Part shown: positions 1 through 10,598 of the stretch, one piece after another
Position numbering within the stretch: position 1 is the first letter of the stretch
Layout of the letters: every line of letters starts with the position of its first letter
Virus record (IMG/VR): IMGVR_UViG_3300006484_000005
Location: 62,001 to 118,326 of that record
Origin: an uncultured virus (IMG/VR IMGVR_UViG_3300006484_000005)
Taxonomy: Duplodnaviria > Heunggongvirae > Uroviricota > Caudoviricetes
Length of the DNA: 56,326 bases
Strand: one strand, 5' to 3'
Notes under the pieces: generated by a model
What the model was told of the DNA's origin: nothing
Databases searched by the model: none
The model's input: only the letters and a program-made list of their open reading frames with translations
Made by a program: the position numbers and the translations under genes

Positions 1-99
1 CTGATCTAAGTATTTAGATTTCTTAAATGCAGATAAATTAAATTTAGACTTGTCACCCAAAATATGGGTGACAGTCTCTGATGGTGATTTTTTAGCCAT
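1..99 (-). CDS. Start of a gene truncated by the window edge (MAKKSPSETVTHILGDKSKFNLSAFKKSKYLDQ...), possibly a RecA/UvsX-like recombinase
   Basis: ATG at 99-97 overlaps the SSB stop (TAATG) and the frame is open to position 1. The product is a guess from its position after the SSB only. Confidence 0.4.
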   Translation of the reverse strand, partial: MAKKSPSETVTHILGDKSKFNLSAFKKSKYLDQ

Positions 100-944
100 T
101 ATTGAAATAATTCGTCGAATTTATCTGATGAGCTTGTGTTTAAAGAGAACGCTGCTTTTTCTTGCTCTGTTACTTGATTATCATTTACCCAATCTGACTG
201 AACAGCTGATGGAGTTGTAGGGATTGCTGTTGGAGCAGGAGTAGCTACTGATTGTTCTTCTTCAGCTTCTGGATTTAGCCACTTAGCTAATAATTCCTTA
301 ATATCATTGTATTCGCGTTTGCGATTAATCGTCATAATATCAGGTTGCTCTTCTAGCCACTTATTAATCTGATTAATATCTTCAGAAATTGGTGACGCTT
401 TTGGACGAGGGCGTAATGTACAGCTAACTACTTTACGACCAGCAACTTCTGCGGCCACTGCATCGATTTTAAAATCAAATCCTTCTTGGATATCAGTAAA
501 ATCACCGTAATCTTCATCCGCAGCAAATCCTAGTAATGATTTGTATACTTCCTTACCGAATTCCCATAAACGAACTCCTAAATGCTCTTCGCCACGAACA
601 ACAACAGGAACAAATACACGCATTTTTGGATCTAACTTCTTAGCTAATGCCCAGTTATCGCGATCTTTTGATTGACGTAATTTTGCTGCAAATTCCATGA
701 TTGGATCTGCTTCTCCAAAGTTGTTTAGAGCTAATACCGGACCTTTAGCGAACCCATAGTGGAAATATACTTCCTTAAATGGATTTTGCTTATTTGATTT
801 TGCGGGTACGATGCGAATCGTATAATTGCCTACCTGAGGCTTCCAGAACACTTTCGTGTAGTCGATTTTTTCGTAAGTCTTACCACCACTGTTTTTGGGT
901 GCGTTAAGATTACCTAATTTTTGCTTTAACAAAGCTAAATCCAT
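99..944 (-). CDS. Single-stranded DNA-binding protein, T4 gp32-like
   Basis: FWKP..G...IRIVP, HYG, G.RLWEFGK.VY and D...GFDF motifs typical of gp32-like phage SSBs; acidic/aromatic C-terminus (DKFDELFQ). Confidence 0.8.
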   Translation of the reverse strand: MDLALLKQKLGNLNAPKNSGGKTYEKIDYTKVFWKPQVGNYTIRIVPAKSNKQNPFKEVYFHYGFAKGPVLALNNFGEADPIMEFAAKLRQSKDRDNWALAKKLDPKMRVFVPVVVRGEEHLGVRLWEFGKEVYKSLLGFAADEDYGDFTDIQEGFDFKIDAVAAEVAGRKVVSCTLRPRPKASPISEDINQINKWLEEQPDIMTINRKREYNDIKELLAKWLNPEAEEEQSVATPAPTAIPTTPSAVQSDWVNDNQVTEQEKAAFSLNTSSSDKFDELFQ

Positions 945-998
945 AATATAACTATTTAAGTTTTAAAAATTGTACTCAGTAAATGTAATTGAGAAATC

Positions 999-1391
999 CT
1001 ACAGATTAATTATTCTGTGGATTTTTGTTTGAATGATATTTAAATCATTACTTTGAATTAATAAGATTGAATTTTTATAATCCAACCAGGTAATACGGAA
1101 ATTAGTATCTAATATACCGTTGTTTAAAGACTTTATTAATGCATTCAATGCATTTATTGTATATAACGTATTTGACTCTTTTTTACGATGTAGCAATATT
1201 GTGTTAGGTAACACTGATTGTTGCTCCATATTAAATGTATCTATATTATAAGTACAGACATATTCTTCAGTCGACAGCGATTCTAATACAAATATTTTAG
1301 AATATAAAATAGTATATTTAGTCGTTAAAGTATTTAGAGTATTGTCTAATTCTTCAGGAGCCGTGAATGTGCAGAATAGCTTATTAGCCAT
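999..1391 (-). CDS. Conserved hypothetical phage protein
   Basis: Clean ORF with a conserved-looking core (LHRKKESNTLYTINALN). Start moved to 1391 (MANKLF) because the track start at 1433 sits inside the promoter-like motif at 1432-1439. Confidence 0.6.
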   Translation of the reverse strand: MANKLFCTFTAPEELDNTLNTLTTKYTILYSKIFVLESLSTEEYVCTYNIDTFNMEQQSVLPNTILLHRKKESNTLYTINALNALIKSLNNGILDTNFRITWLDYKNSILLIQSNDLNIIQTKIHRIINL

Positions 1392-1444
1392 TAAAAATGT
1401 ATTATTAAATAAATCGTAACTTAAGTCCAACATAAATATACGGT

Positions 1445-2749
1445 TTATTTTATTTCTGCGTAATTGTGTCCAGTTTTCGTGGAGTAATTAAATTTTAGTA
1501 GCGAAGTTATGCTATCTAATAAATTTTCCGACGAGTCGTAATCAAGTAATATAGAATCGTATGTGTATAATATAATTTTAGTTTTCTTATCTTTGAGTAA
1601 ATTTACTATTGCGGAAAATTGCACTACATTAAATACGGTTTCTGTATTTTGCACAATATAATTAAGTAACTTTTGTGGTGTTGGGTTTTCAATCATTTCT
1701 TTAGTGAAACGTTTACCGAATTGTGTACCAATCACACCATTATCACTCCACAATCGATTTGTATAATCATTTACTTGTTTAAAGAATGGCTTATCTTGGA
1801 AGTCCTTTCTAACACCACCATATAATTGCTGAAATACTAATTCCTTAATTGTTTCGGGTGTTGATCCAGGAAATTGGAGCGATAATTGTTCGTATATATT
1901 TCCTGTAAATTCATACCCAGCTAATTTAGCTATAATAGTTGGGTGATATGCTTTAAAATCAATTTCAACTAATGTATCGTTTTCAGGAATAAAGGCAGCA
2001 CGTTCGCCATTTGTTTTATTTAATGCTGCAAAATTAACACCATTGAATGCGTTTGATGGTCTACCAGTTAATGTATACAAATTATATTGTGTATATATTT
2101 TACCTTTAGATACTGAAAATTTAGGGTTTGGTAATGTTTTAAAGTGTTCAATAAATGGTTCCTTGGATAATTTAATACCTTGTTTTTCAATATTATAAAA
2201 TAATGGAGCAACGTAATGATTTAAAAATGAGTATGGTTCTAAATCTTCACTAATTTTATTTATAGTTTGCTCAATATGATCATATACGTTTTCGTATTTT
2301 TCATAATGTTTTGCAATTGGAATTAATGTTGATGGCTCAGCTGTATAATACTTACGTTTAAAATCAGATTCAACTTTTGACTCATATTGTTCTACATTAA
2401 TATCTTGATGAAGATCTTGTACCTTGTAATATGAGCTAATTAGTTGCACATCAATTAATTGAGGACTCAACGTGGGAAAGTGGTGTAACACCGCTTTCTT
2501 ATCTAATGTGTATATGTTATTGACTTTAGATAGTTTGTCAAGTATATCGGTGATTGATAACGATAATGATTCTGAATGGTTCACACATAAAATATATCCT
2601 TTATGTCCTTTAATCCATCGAACGTAAATTAAACTGATGTTTTGTAAAGCAGGATGATAGTTTTCATTCGTTGGAATAATATGAATGAATGTATCTTCAC
2701 CAATATGTAACTGATCTAATTGATCTTGTTTTTCAATAATATAAAACAT
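1445..2749 (-). CDS. Compact, divergent family-A DNA polymerase-like protein
   Basis: TGRPSN (cf. TGRLSS), motif A DFKAYHPTIIA, motif B KELVFQQLYGG, NYIVQ and motif C YTYDSIL; only 434 aa. Confidence 0.75.
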   Translation of the reverse strand: MFYIIEKQDQLDQLHIGEDTFIHIIPTNENYHPALQNISLIYVRWIKGHKGYILCVNHSESLSLSITDILDKLSKVNNIYTLDKKAVLHHFPTLSPQLIDVQLISSYYKVQDLHQDINVEQYESKVESDFKRKYYTAEPSTLIPIAKHYEKYENVYDHIEQTINKISEDLEPYSFLNHYVAPLFYNIEKQGIKLSKEPFIEHFKTLPNPKFSVSKGKIYTQYNLYTLTGRPSNAFNGVNFAALNKTNGERAAFIPENDTLVEIDFKAYHPTIIAKLAGYEFTGNIYEQLSLQFPGSTPETIKELVFQQLYGGVRKDFQDKPFFKQVNDYTNRLWSDNGVIGTQFGKRFTKEMIENPTPQKLLNYIVQNTETVFNVVQFSAIVNLLKDKKTKIILYTYDSILLDYDSSENLLDSITSLLKFNYSTKTGHNYAEIK

Positions 2750-2781
2750 AGCATAACCTTTTATTAATTATAATTAAGAAA

Positions 2782-3330
2782 TTACCTCCCTAAAAATATT
2801 CTAATTCCAGGAATTATTTTTTCTGCTTCTTCCATTTGTGATTCTAGATCTTTACTTAAATCTATTTTAACAATTTTATAAAATGGATTTGTAGAAACTG
2901 CCATATGTTCTGGGGAGTTTTCTTTAATTTCTTTTATTGTTTTTGGTTCTTCGTTTGATTTTTGAATAAAAATTCTAAATCCAGTCGTTGGACCACTATC
3001 ACCATCTGCAAATACTCCTTTGATAATAGGGGCAGCCGTAATAGCTACACTTACTAAAGTCCCAATCCCACCTGGATTTCCTATAGCCATAAGATATGCA
3101 GGTGAGTTTGGTCCTGAAGTAGTTAATATTTTAAATAGTCTACTTTCGGTAGTTTTTTCTAATGGTTGGGATTCTTTTGTTGGAGAAAAAGTAGCACCAA
3201 CAAAAGGTTTTCCTTTAACTAAATGATATGTTCCTAAAAACGGTATACCCGTTTTTTTATAAACCCATTCACCAATTTTAGCTTTTTTATTCTCAACTAT
3301 TTGAGACCTTGGAATATAATTTATAGCCAT
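2782..3330 (-). CDS. Hypothetical protein, probably virion/baseplate associated
   Basis: 182-aa ORF starting 1 nt after the hub gene stop. Confidence 0.5.
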   Translation of the reverse strand: MAINYIPRSQIVENKKAKIGEWVYKKTGIPFLGTYHLVKGKPFVGATFSPTKESQPLEKTTESRLFKILTTSGPNSPAYLMAIGNPGGIGTLVSVAITAAPIIKGVFADGDSGPTTGFRIFIQKSNEEPKTIKEIKENSPEHMAVSTNPFYKIVKIDLSKDLESQMEEAEKIIPGIRIFLGR

Positions 3331-3331
3331 A

Positions 3332-6300
3332 TTATTTATTGGTTTTTATTCCTTCGGGGTTTTGATCTGCGTATGAGTAAAATACTTGTCTAATGTGACG
3401 TGTTCCTTGGTTTAGATATCTAAAATTAGATTCATCATCTTTTATATCTGCTACTAATTTAACACTTACTGGAGTGTACTTATATTTTTTAAGTACTGCT
3501 CTTTTTACACCAGTTTCTGTTTTTTCTGGATCTGAAAAAATATCTGTAGTACTAACTGAGCGATCATTTCTTGCACTTCCTCTACTTGTAAAACCAGTAT
3601 ATGCTAATCCATCAGTACTTTCATTAATTTCTACAGACCAATGCATTGATACTGATTTTTCAAAATGTTTTGATGATAATGTAACATTAGTTACTATAGG
3701 ATTAATACCAGCATCGTATAATTTTTTCAACTCATCCATTACTAATCTATTCCCATCTCCTACTATGAATATCTCTCTAGTGCCATCAGGACGTAATTTA
3801 CTAGTTGAATCAAAAGCATGCATTTCATCTAAAATATTTGTTCTAGATCCATCAGCAGTATATCTTACTTGAACATAACGAGGAAATTTAAATGTTGAAT
3901 TAACATCTGGAGCAGGTAAAATTTCTACTGTTGGGGTTACTGTTGTAGTTACTGTTGGTGTAACTATTGGGGGTGTTGGAGGAGTTGGTGGTGTTGTAAC
4001 TGTTGTTGTTATTGTTGGTGTAACAACTGGGGTAACAGGTGTTATAGGGGCATCTGATGGAGGTGTTGCTGATGAAGGTGGAATTGGGGTACTTGTTTTT
4101 GGTTGTGGTGTTTGAGGTTTATTAACTGGAAGTTGTTTTGGTTTAGGTGCTGTAATGTTACCTCCTCCAGAAGTAACTGACCCTCCACATCTTCTTCCAA
4201 TATGAAAATGGGGACCTGAAGCTTCAGCAGTAGGTGCAAAGTTTTCATTTATGAATTGATATTTACTTCCTCCAACACTTAATTCTGAGAAATATGGGTT
4301 TTTAGGGTTTTTAGCGTCTTGTATTCCATTAAATCCCCCCTTAAGAGCATTTTCTACTTCTTTAATATCTGCTAATTCTTTTTGATTATATGGGTGGCTG
4401 TCATTTACAGATCCATAATTTATATTTACTCCTGAACGTGCATTTGATCTAAATTCTACCCAAGTTCCCCATTTACTAGTTTTAGTTTTTGCTTTTATGT
4501 TTGTTTTAGTATTCCATCTTTCTTGTATACTAGGACCATTGATTCCTACAATTTGAAAATCTAATGCAACTCCCCGACTATGAGCATAACTTGTTTGTCC
4601 AGGTCTAGTAGCTGATGCTGCTACAAATTTTATATTTGGTAATTTGGTTTTAAATAATGGAAATATTTGAGTATCTAAATCTCTATAAAATTCTTTAGTA
4701 ATTAAAGCTGAATCACCACTTATATTAGATCCAACTCCAATTCCATGTTTAGTTAATAAAGGAATAATATTTTCTGTGGCTTGTCCGCAATCACTACTAA
4801 CTACCCCAACTCCACTTCCACCACCTACTCCTCCACCGGTGCTAGTCCCACTTCCATCTCCTACAACTACATATACAGTAACAAATTTATCAGGTACTTT
4901 TGATTCTACAGTATTGCTTCCTAAATCAACAGGGAATGCTTTAATTGTAGTAGTCCAATCATTATCTGATAATTCTTGAGATACACCAGTAATAGTATAT
5001 CCCATTTTCTTAAATGTATTTTTATAATACTTAGGAATAAAGGTATTATCTACTTCAAATAGATTACCTATAATAAATCCAGCTAGTCCATCTAATGTTA
5101 ATGAAATTTCGGTTGCTAGTATAGATTTATTAGCATTATCTGTAGTAAACAGTTTGTTTGCTGTAATAAAATTTATAATATCTCTTAATGCATTAGAATA
5201 TGAATTACTCTGTTCAGCCTTATATACTGGAAATTTTTCAGCACTTGAAACGGTTGTTCTTGTTCCTCCCATTTCACTACCTCCTCCATTTACGGTGTAA
5301 GTAAAAGCTGGTTGATATTCTGAAAAATTCTTAAGATATGTATTTACTAATAATCCTAAATTACTTATAAAATTTAAAGCCGATGATGCATCATCATAAG
5401 GAATAGGAGTATCTTTACTCGACATATTCCTATCAGTTATTCCTTCATTAAATGTAGTTAATGTGGTATTATCATACCCCATCTTTCCAGGTTCTGCTTG
5501 GGCTGAGATGGATATCATAGACATCATATCATTAGACATGTATGATTCTAATTTTAGATCTCGTACTATAGAATTATTAGTTCCTATATTAAATTTAAAT
5601 AAATTATTTGCTTGATCTTTATTTATGTAATTTAAATCTATAATACGAGCAATACCATCTACTGGATCAATATGAATTTTAAAGTTATTTACATTTCCTA
5701 AAGATGTTTGTATACTTTGACATAAGCTATCAAAATATCTACCTAAAGATATTGTATTTTTGCCTGAAGGGTCTGAAGATAATGAAGATTGGTTTTTAGA
5801 TAGTAAATATAAATGTTTTAAATTAATATAAATATTTCCAATTACTCCAAAATTAGATTTTGATGTACCTTTAGGTGTTTTTTTATCCCATTTAAAATCT
5901 TTTTTGAAATCTAATTTTTTGAAATTATCAGCTATGTTATTAATGTTACTCGATACGGCAGTAGCAGTAGCTGCTGCTTGTTGAACTTGTGCTGTTTGAG
6001 CAGCATATTTTTGTATTTCTTTATCTAAATTACTATCAGCAGATACTCCTTTGATTTTACCTGCTACTTGTCTACTACCACCGCTTATTGTAAGTAAATC
6101 AAAAAAACCAGTAGTTGGATCTCCATAAACACCACTTAATACATTCCAAAATGTTTTTGTTTGTGCTTCATTTTTAACTGATAGCCATTTTTTAGTATTT
6201 GCTGTAGCTTTAAGTAAACCATCCCAATTTCTTACTTTATTATTCATTCCTCCACGTACTAATTGATAATTAGATTGAAGAGCTTTATAAAAATAATCTT

Positions 6301-7861
6301 CACTAAATCCAGTATCTTTAGAGAATTTAACTTGTAATGCTTTTATGTCTTGAAGTAGTAACTCAATATCTTTTGAAACTGGGTACTTATCAAATATGTC
6401 ATCTAATAACTTATTTACGTCATCTCTTAAACCACTAGACCATGATTCATTAACTAATGGACTTGAATATGTAGCCGCTGCTACTGGAGTTGTACTTATC
6501 GCGACTCCTGAATTTCCTATTATTTTATTCCATTCATCATTTTTTATCCAACATACATCTGGATTTGTTGATAGCATTAATGTGTTATACAAACATAATA
6601 AAGGATCAGCTGTTGAGTTTTTTGTCTTATGATATATTCTATCATTAGTTGATATTCCTGTTAAACTTCCTTTAGATGAACTACCGTTATATGCTCTTGG
6701 AATAATAAATTCAGTAACTAATTTACAAAATGATTCTAAAGTAATATAGTAGTTATTAAATCCATATAAAAATCTATTTTCTGATGGAGCTTCATCAGAT
6801 GTAGATTGATAAATTATCCTAGCAAAATCTACAGTTATTGGAGTTTTAGTTCTTGGACTAGGTATCGATATCTGAGATTGATGTATAGCTTCCGAAGAAT
6901 AGGTTCCAGCGTCATGTTCATAACGAAATGCTGTATATAATTCATATATTAATCCTGATAGTATACTTTCAGAATATTCATTATTAAATCGAACTATAAA
7001 ACTAGGGTGAAGAGTTTTAGTATTAGCATTATCCCAATAAAATAATCCTTTAAATTGAGCATTTGTTGGGTCTCCGGCTAAATCATCATATTTGATAGCA
7101 CCTCCTAAAGAATAGTTTATCTTTAAGGATTCAACAACTTCACCTGTAGACAATATTTCTGTCATGCAGTTATAACCACCATCACTTCGAGCAGCCCATT
7201 TAAAATTTACTACATATCCAAAGAAGGCATCATAATGACCCCCTTGAAGTAATGATGATCTATATAATTCAGATAAATAATCGTGAAGATTAGTTATATT
7301 TTCATTAAAAAAATTATTTCTAGGGTTAACTTGAAATAATTTATTTGAATCGTCATTTAAATAATTTGAACGTCCGAATTCAAGTAAAACAGTATATCCT
7401 GGTCGCATATATAATGCTTCTAGTATTTCAAGTTGTTTTACATCCCAACATTGAAAATTAACGGTTGCTTTACGTGTAGAACCATAAGCACCAATATTTT
7501 CAACACTAATTGAAGTAATACCAGGCATTGGTCTTAAACCTAATTCATTGCTTTCAAACTCAGATGTTTGAAGATTATACGAAAGTCCTGTATTTATATT
7601 CTGGTCTCCAACTGATATACCTGAAGGCACTGTTAAAGCATTATTTTTTGTAAGTTGAACTGAACCCCCAAATAATATATTATTCTTAGCCGCATCTGGA
7701 CTATCTTGAATATTAACAGAAGATTGTAATTTAACCCATGAAGTATTTGAATTTAAAAAGGATAATTCAAAAGGATTTCTCTCCTGCTTTTCCATTAAAC
7801 TCTGTCTCTTGATTAATTGCTTAACAAGAGAAGGGTCGATAGGTTGATTAAATATTGACAT
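3332..7861 (-). CDS. Large baseplate hub/tail-associated protein with a putative M15-type peptidoglycan peptidase domain
   Basis: N-terminal GLRPMPGITS...LYMRPGYTVLLEFG hub-like region; HSRGVALD and HFH zinc-peptidase-like motifs; Pro/Thr-rich linker; synteny after tape measure and LysM-like genes. Confidence 0.65.
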   Translation of the reverse strand: MSIFNQPIDPSLVKQLIKRQSLMEKQERNPFELSFLNSNTSWVKLQSSVNIQDSPDAAKNNILFGGSVQLTKNNALTVPSGISVGDQNINTGLSYNLQTSEFESNELGLRPMPGITSISVENIGAYGSTRKATVNFQCWDVKQLEILEALYMRPGYTVLLEFGRSNYLNDDSNKLFQVNPRNNFFNENITNLHDYLSELYRSSLLQGGHYDAFFGYVVNFKWAARSDGGYNCMTEILSTGEVVESLKINYSLGGAIKYDDLAGDPTNAQFKGLFYWDNANTKTLHPSFIVRFNNEYSESILSGLIYELYTAFRYEHDAGTYSSEAIHQSQISIPSPRTKTPITVDFARIIYQSTSDEAPSENRFLYGFNNYYITLESFCKLVTEFIIPRAYNGSSSKGSLTGISTNDRIYHKTKNSTADPLLCLYNTLMLSTNPDVCWIKNDEWNKIIGNSGVAISTTPVAAATYSSPLVNESWSSGLRDDVNKLLDDIFDKYPVSKDIELLLQDIKALQVKFSKDTGFSEDYFYKALQSNYQLVRGGMNNKVRNWDGLLKATANTKKWLSVKNEAQTKTFWNVLSGVYGDPTTGFFDLLTISGGSRQVAGKIKGVSADSNLDKEIQKYAAQTAQVQQAAATATAVSSNINNIADNFKKLDFKKDFKWDKKTPKGTSKSNFGVIGNIYINLKHLYLLSKNQSSLSSDPSGKNTISLGRYFDSLCQSIQTSLGNVNNFKIHIDPVDGIARIIDLNYINKDQANNLFKFNIGTNNSIVRDLKLESYMSNDMMSMISISAQAEPGKMGYDNTTLTTFNEGITDRNMSSKDTPIPYDDASSALNFISNLGLLVNTYLKNFSEYQPAFTYTVNGGGSEMGGTRTTVSSAEKFPVYKAEQSNSYSNALRDIINFITANKLFTTDNANKSILATEISLTLDGLAGFIIGNLFEVDNTFIPKYYKNTFKKMGYTITGVSQELSDNDWTTTIKAFPVDLGSNTVESKVPDKFVTVYVVVGDGSGTSTGGGVGGGSGVGVVSSDCGQATENIIPLLTKHGIGVGSNISGDSALITKEFYRDLDTQIFPLFKTKLPNIKFVAASATRPGQTSYAHSRGVALDFQIVGINGPSIQERWNTKTNIKAKTKTSKWGTWVEFRSNARSGVNINYGSVNDSHPYNQKELADIKEVENALKGGFNGIQDAKNPKNPYFSELSVGGSKYQFINENFAPTAEASGPHFHIGRRCGGSVTSGGGNITAPKPKQLPVNKPQTPQPKTSTPIPPSSATPPSDAPITPVTPVVTPTITTTVTTPPTPPTPPIVTPTVTTTVTPTVEILPAPDVNSTFKFPRYVQVRYTADGSRTNILDEMHAFDSTSKLRPDGTREIFIVGDGNRLVMDELKKLYDAGINPIVTNVTLSSKHFEKSVSMHWSVEINESTDGLAYTGFTSRGSARNDRSVSTTDIFSDPEKTETGVKRAVLKKYKYTPVSVKLVADIKDDESNFRYLNQGTRHIRQVFYSYADQNPEGIKTNK

Positions 7862-7865
7862 AACT

Positions 7866-8165
7866 TTATATACTGTTTAACTCATCAAATAATTGCAATA
7901 CATATCTAGCATCAATTGGAATTCTGAGTTGAAGTCCTGGAGTGGGAAATATTGATCCTTTTGTAATATTATTATTTGCTATAGATATTATCCACCATAA
8001 TTCAGAATCTCCATAATAGCTATTAGCTAATGTATCTAAACGATCACCAACAGTAGTAATAATATAATTATCAGTTGCTAAATAAGGAATATCAGGATAA
8101 ATTTTACCTTTATAGTATCGTTTACCATCTGAATTTTTATTTATTATATTATTATTATATCTCAT
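7866..8165 (-). CDS. LysM-like baseplate protein (tail X/gp53-like)
   Basis: GDRLDTLANSYYGDSELWWIISIANN...GLQLRIP matches the LysM/tail-X pattern. Confidence 0.8.
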   Translation of the reverse strand: MRYNNNIINKNSDGKRYYKGKIYPDIPYLATDNYIITTVGDRLDTLANSYYGDSELWWIISIANNNITKGSIFPTPGLQLRIPIDARYVLQLFDELNSI

Positions 8166-8179
8166 ATGCTAATTAATAA

Positions 8180-10588
8180 TTAAATTCCGTACCCATCACC
8201 TGTACCTTCAAAAGGGACACTATCTAAAATACTATACTCACCTGTATAGTTTCCAGAAATTGATTTGTTTTTAGATAAATCAGATGTAGAAAATGTTGTT
8301 CCAGTTTGCAATTTTGTTGCTTTTGTTACTTGGTTAAGTCTTCTAAAATTCTCTAAAGAACTACCTGGCCCTTTTCCTGCATTATTTATTGATTGTCTAA
8401 AAGCTTCACCTTCAACATCTTGAGCTGCTGCTTGTTGTTTTCTCATCATTTGAAGCTCTAAATCAGTAGTGGGTCCATAATTTCCTAAATAAGGACCAAT
8501 AGTAGAAATAAATCCACCTTTTTGGCGTTCTGGACGAGTATTATGTATTAGTTTAAATCCAACATCAACTGTTAAATAATGAGCTAATTGTTCATCAATA
8601 TCCCAACTAGCATCATTAGGAACGGTAATTGAGAAATTAGTTATTATACCAGGTTCTCCAGTTATCAAATAAGTACCACTTCCATTATCTCGACTCTGAT
8701 TAGGTGCTAAATAATTTCCTAATTTTAAATAAGTAATTACACCACCTAATTTACCATTGTTGTAACTTCCAGCATTTATAGATGCTAATTCATATAATGC
8801 ACGGTGTCTATTTCTTAATTGAATTGGATTAAAACATGGGATTTGCAATGTGAATGAAACATCTCGTTTAAATTTACTAAATACGTGGAATGTTTCTGAT
8901 CTACCGATATAGTTAATATCGCTCCATGTAGGAGTAAAATTATCTTTAAAATTACTTACATATGCATCAAAAAATAATCGCCCTCCATTTAAATCAGGTT
9001 GACCATTATCCATTATATCTTGGAATGGTTTACCATCAAATGGGTTAATAGGAGTAAAAATTACGCGGTTGATTGTTTCATTATAATCTTTTACTTCATC
9101 TGAGGTTTGTGGAGTGTATCGATCAAATTCTTTAAATTTTCCACTTTCTCCAAAGTACTGATTTTTTATATTTGGGTTTTTATTAAGTGGAATTTCTTGT
9201 GGTGTGTGGTAATCAATACTATAAGTATATTTTCTACTAGCCTCATCTAATCGTACCTTACCTACTGATTTTCTGGGAGTGGGTAAATTCATTTGGCGAA
9301 TTGACTCATAATTTCTTCCCTCGTATATTTTATTAGATATTTCTTTTGGATCATTTAATTCACCAAAAAGATTTTCACCTGTATCTTCCTGATATTGCTG
9401 TGATATTTTAGCCTTTCCAGCAATCAAATTGCGGGATTTGGTTAATGAACTATCAGCAGCTGCTAGAATTGTAGGTAGATTTTGTAATCCTGAAGTATTA
9501 TCGTATCGTCTAATAACAGTAGGTCCAACTCCATTTATAGAACCTGGTCCTCCTTCATACTGATCAATAATATTATTAGTAAAAGGAGCAGCAAATTTAT
9601 CAGCAAGTGCTAATTTATTGTTTGCAAAATTAAAACCCTCACTTATTTTACTAGTAATAGAAGTAACTGAATTATTGTTTTGTAATCCTAATGAATTAAT
9701 TAAACCTAATCCTTGATTAAAATAAGAATTTACTTTATTTGTAAATTTACGAACTACTTTTAATCCGTTTGTTAACTTTTCAGCAAATTTAGTTAGTGGT
9801 TCTTCAGATTCAAGACCAGTACCTAATGATTTATTTAGTATTACTAATCTATTTTTTGGTGATTGAGCACCATCATTATTCTGGGTTACAATACTTAAAT
9901 ATTTATCACTATCTAAGATAATATTAGATGGTCCAAATCTATCATAATGATTCCATCCAGTATTTGGATCTGAACCTATTTGATCTAATGTATTTTGAGG
10001 ATTATATGTCTGTAATGCAGATATAGCTTCTCTAGTTACAGGACGTTTCAAAGCAGTAACAGCAGATAGAGCATTATTTTCATTAAGACCATTAGTCCAT
10101 ATATCTCTACCAACATTTATAACAGATGCTATAAGTCCAGGGCTAACATTTACTTTTCCTATATTAAATGAAAATCCTTGTACACTTTCTAATCTAGTAT
10201 TAGATAATTGAAGACCAATTTGTTTAGTTATAAATGCTTTTCCTCTTGGGGTTTCAAAAAATCTTTTTATTCGTTTTTGGTTTTCAGAAGCTGCATCTTT
10301 TTCATTAGGAGCAACACCTATATATTTACTTTTATCATATGGGTCATCAGGTAAAGATTTAATGATAATAGGATTATCATCAATTTGTCTACCAAATCCA
10401 TCTCTAGCATCAGTAAATTTTAATGATGTAAGTTTAGTTTCACCTAATTTATCAAACAATAAACGACCTGGTGTTTTTTTTATTGGAATTAAAGGATTAC
10501 TAGCATTAGGATCGCCTGTAGGAGGTGTTTGACCTCTTGGGTTTTGTATTTCTACGGGAAGTTGATCTCCAGGTAGTGGGTATGGCAT
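8180..10588 (-). CDS. Baseplate/tail tube initiator-like structural protein
   Basis: C-terminal FDAYVSNFKDNFTPTWSDINYIGRSE...RDVSFTL...PGIITNFSITVP resembles the tube-initiator fold; lies between tape measure and LysM genes. Confidence 0.55.
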   Translation of the reverse strand: MPYPLPGDQLPVEIQNPRGQTPPTGDPNASNPLIPIKKTPGRLLFDKLGETKLTSLKFTDARDGFGRQIDDNPIIIKSLPDDPYDKSKYIGVAPNEKDAASENQKRIKRFFETPRGKAFITKQIGLQLSNTRLESVQGFSFNIGKVNVSPGLIASVINVGRDIWTNGLNENNALSAVTALKRPVTREAISALQTYNPQNTLDQIGSDPNTGWNHYDRFGPSNIILDSDKYLSIVTQNNDGAQSPKNRLVILNKSLGTGLESEEPLTKFAEKLTNGLKVVRKFTNKVNSYFNQGLGLINSLGLQNNNSVTSITSKISEGFNFANNKLALADKFAAPFTNNIIDQYEGGPGSINGVGPTVIRRYDNTSGLQNLPTILAAADSSLTKSRNLIAGKAKISQQYQEDTGENLFGELNDPKEISNKIYEGRNYESIRQMNLPTPRKSVGKVRLDEASRKYTYSIDYHTPQEIPLNKNPNIKNQYFGESGKFKEFDRYTPQTSDEVKDYNETINRVIFTPINPFDGKPFQDIMDNGQPDLNGGRLFFDAYVSNFKDNFTPTWSDINYIGRSETFHVFSKFKRDVSFTLQIPCFNPIQLRNRHRALYELASINAGSYNNGKLGGVITYLKLGNYLAPNQSRDNGSGTYLITGEPGIITNFSITVPNDASWDIDEQLAHYLTVDVGFKLIHNTRPERQKGGFISTIGPYLGNYGPTTDLELQMMRKQQAAAQDVEGEAFRQSINNAGKGPGSSLENFRRLNQVTKATKLQTGTTFSTSDLSKNKSISGNYTGEYSILDSVPFEGTGDGYGI

Positions 10589-10598
10589 CTTCTAAAAT

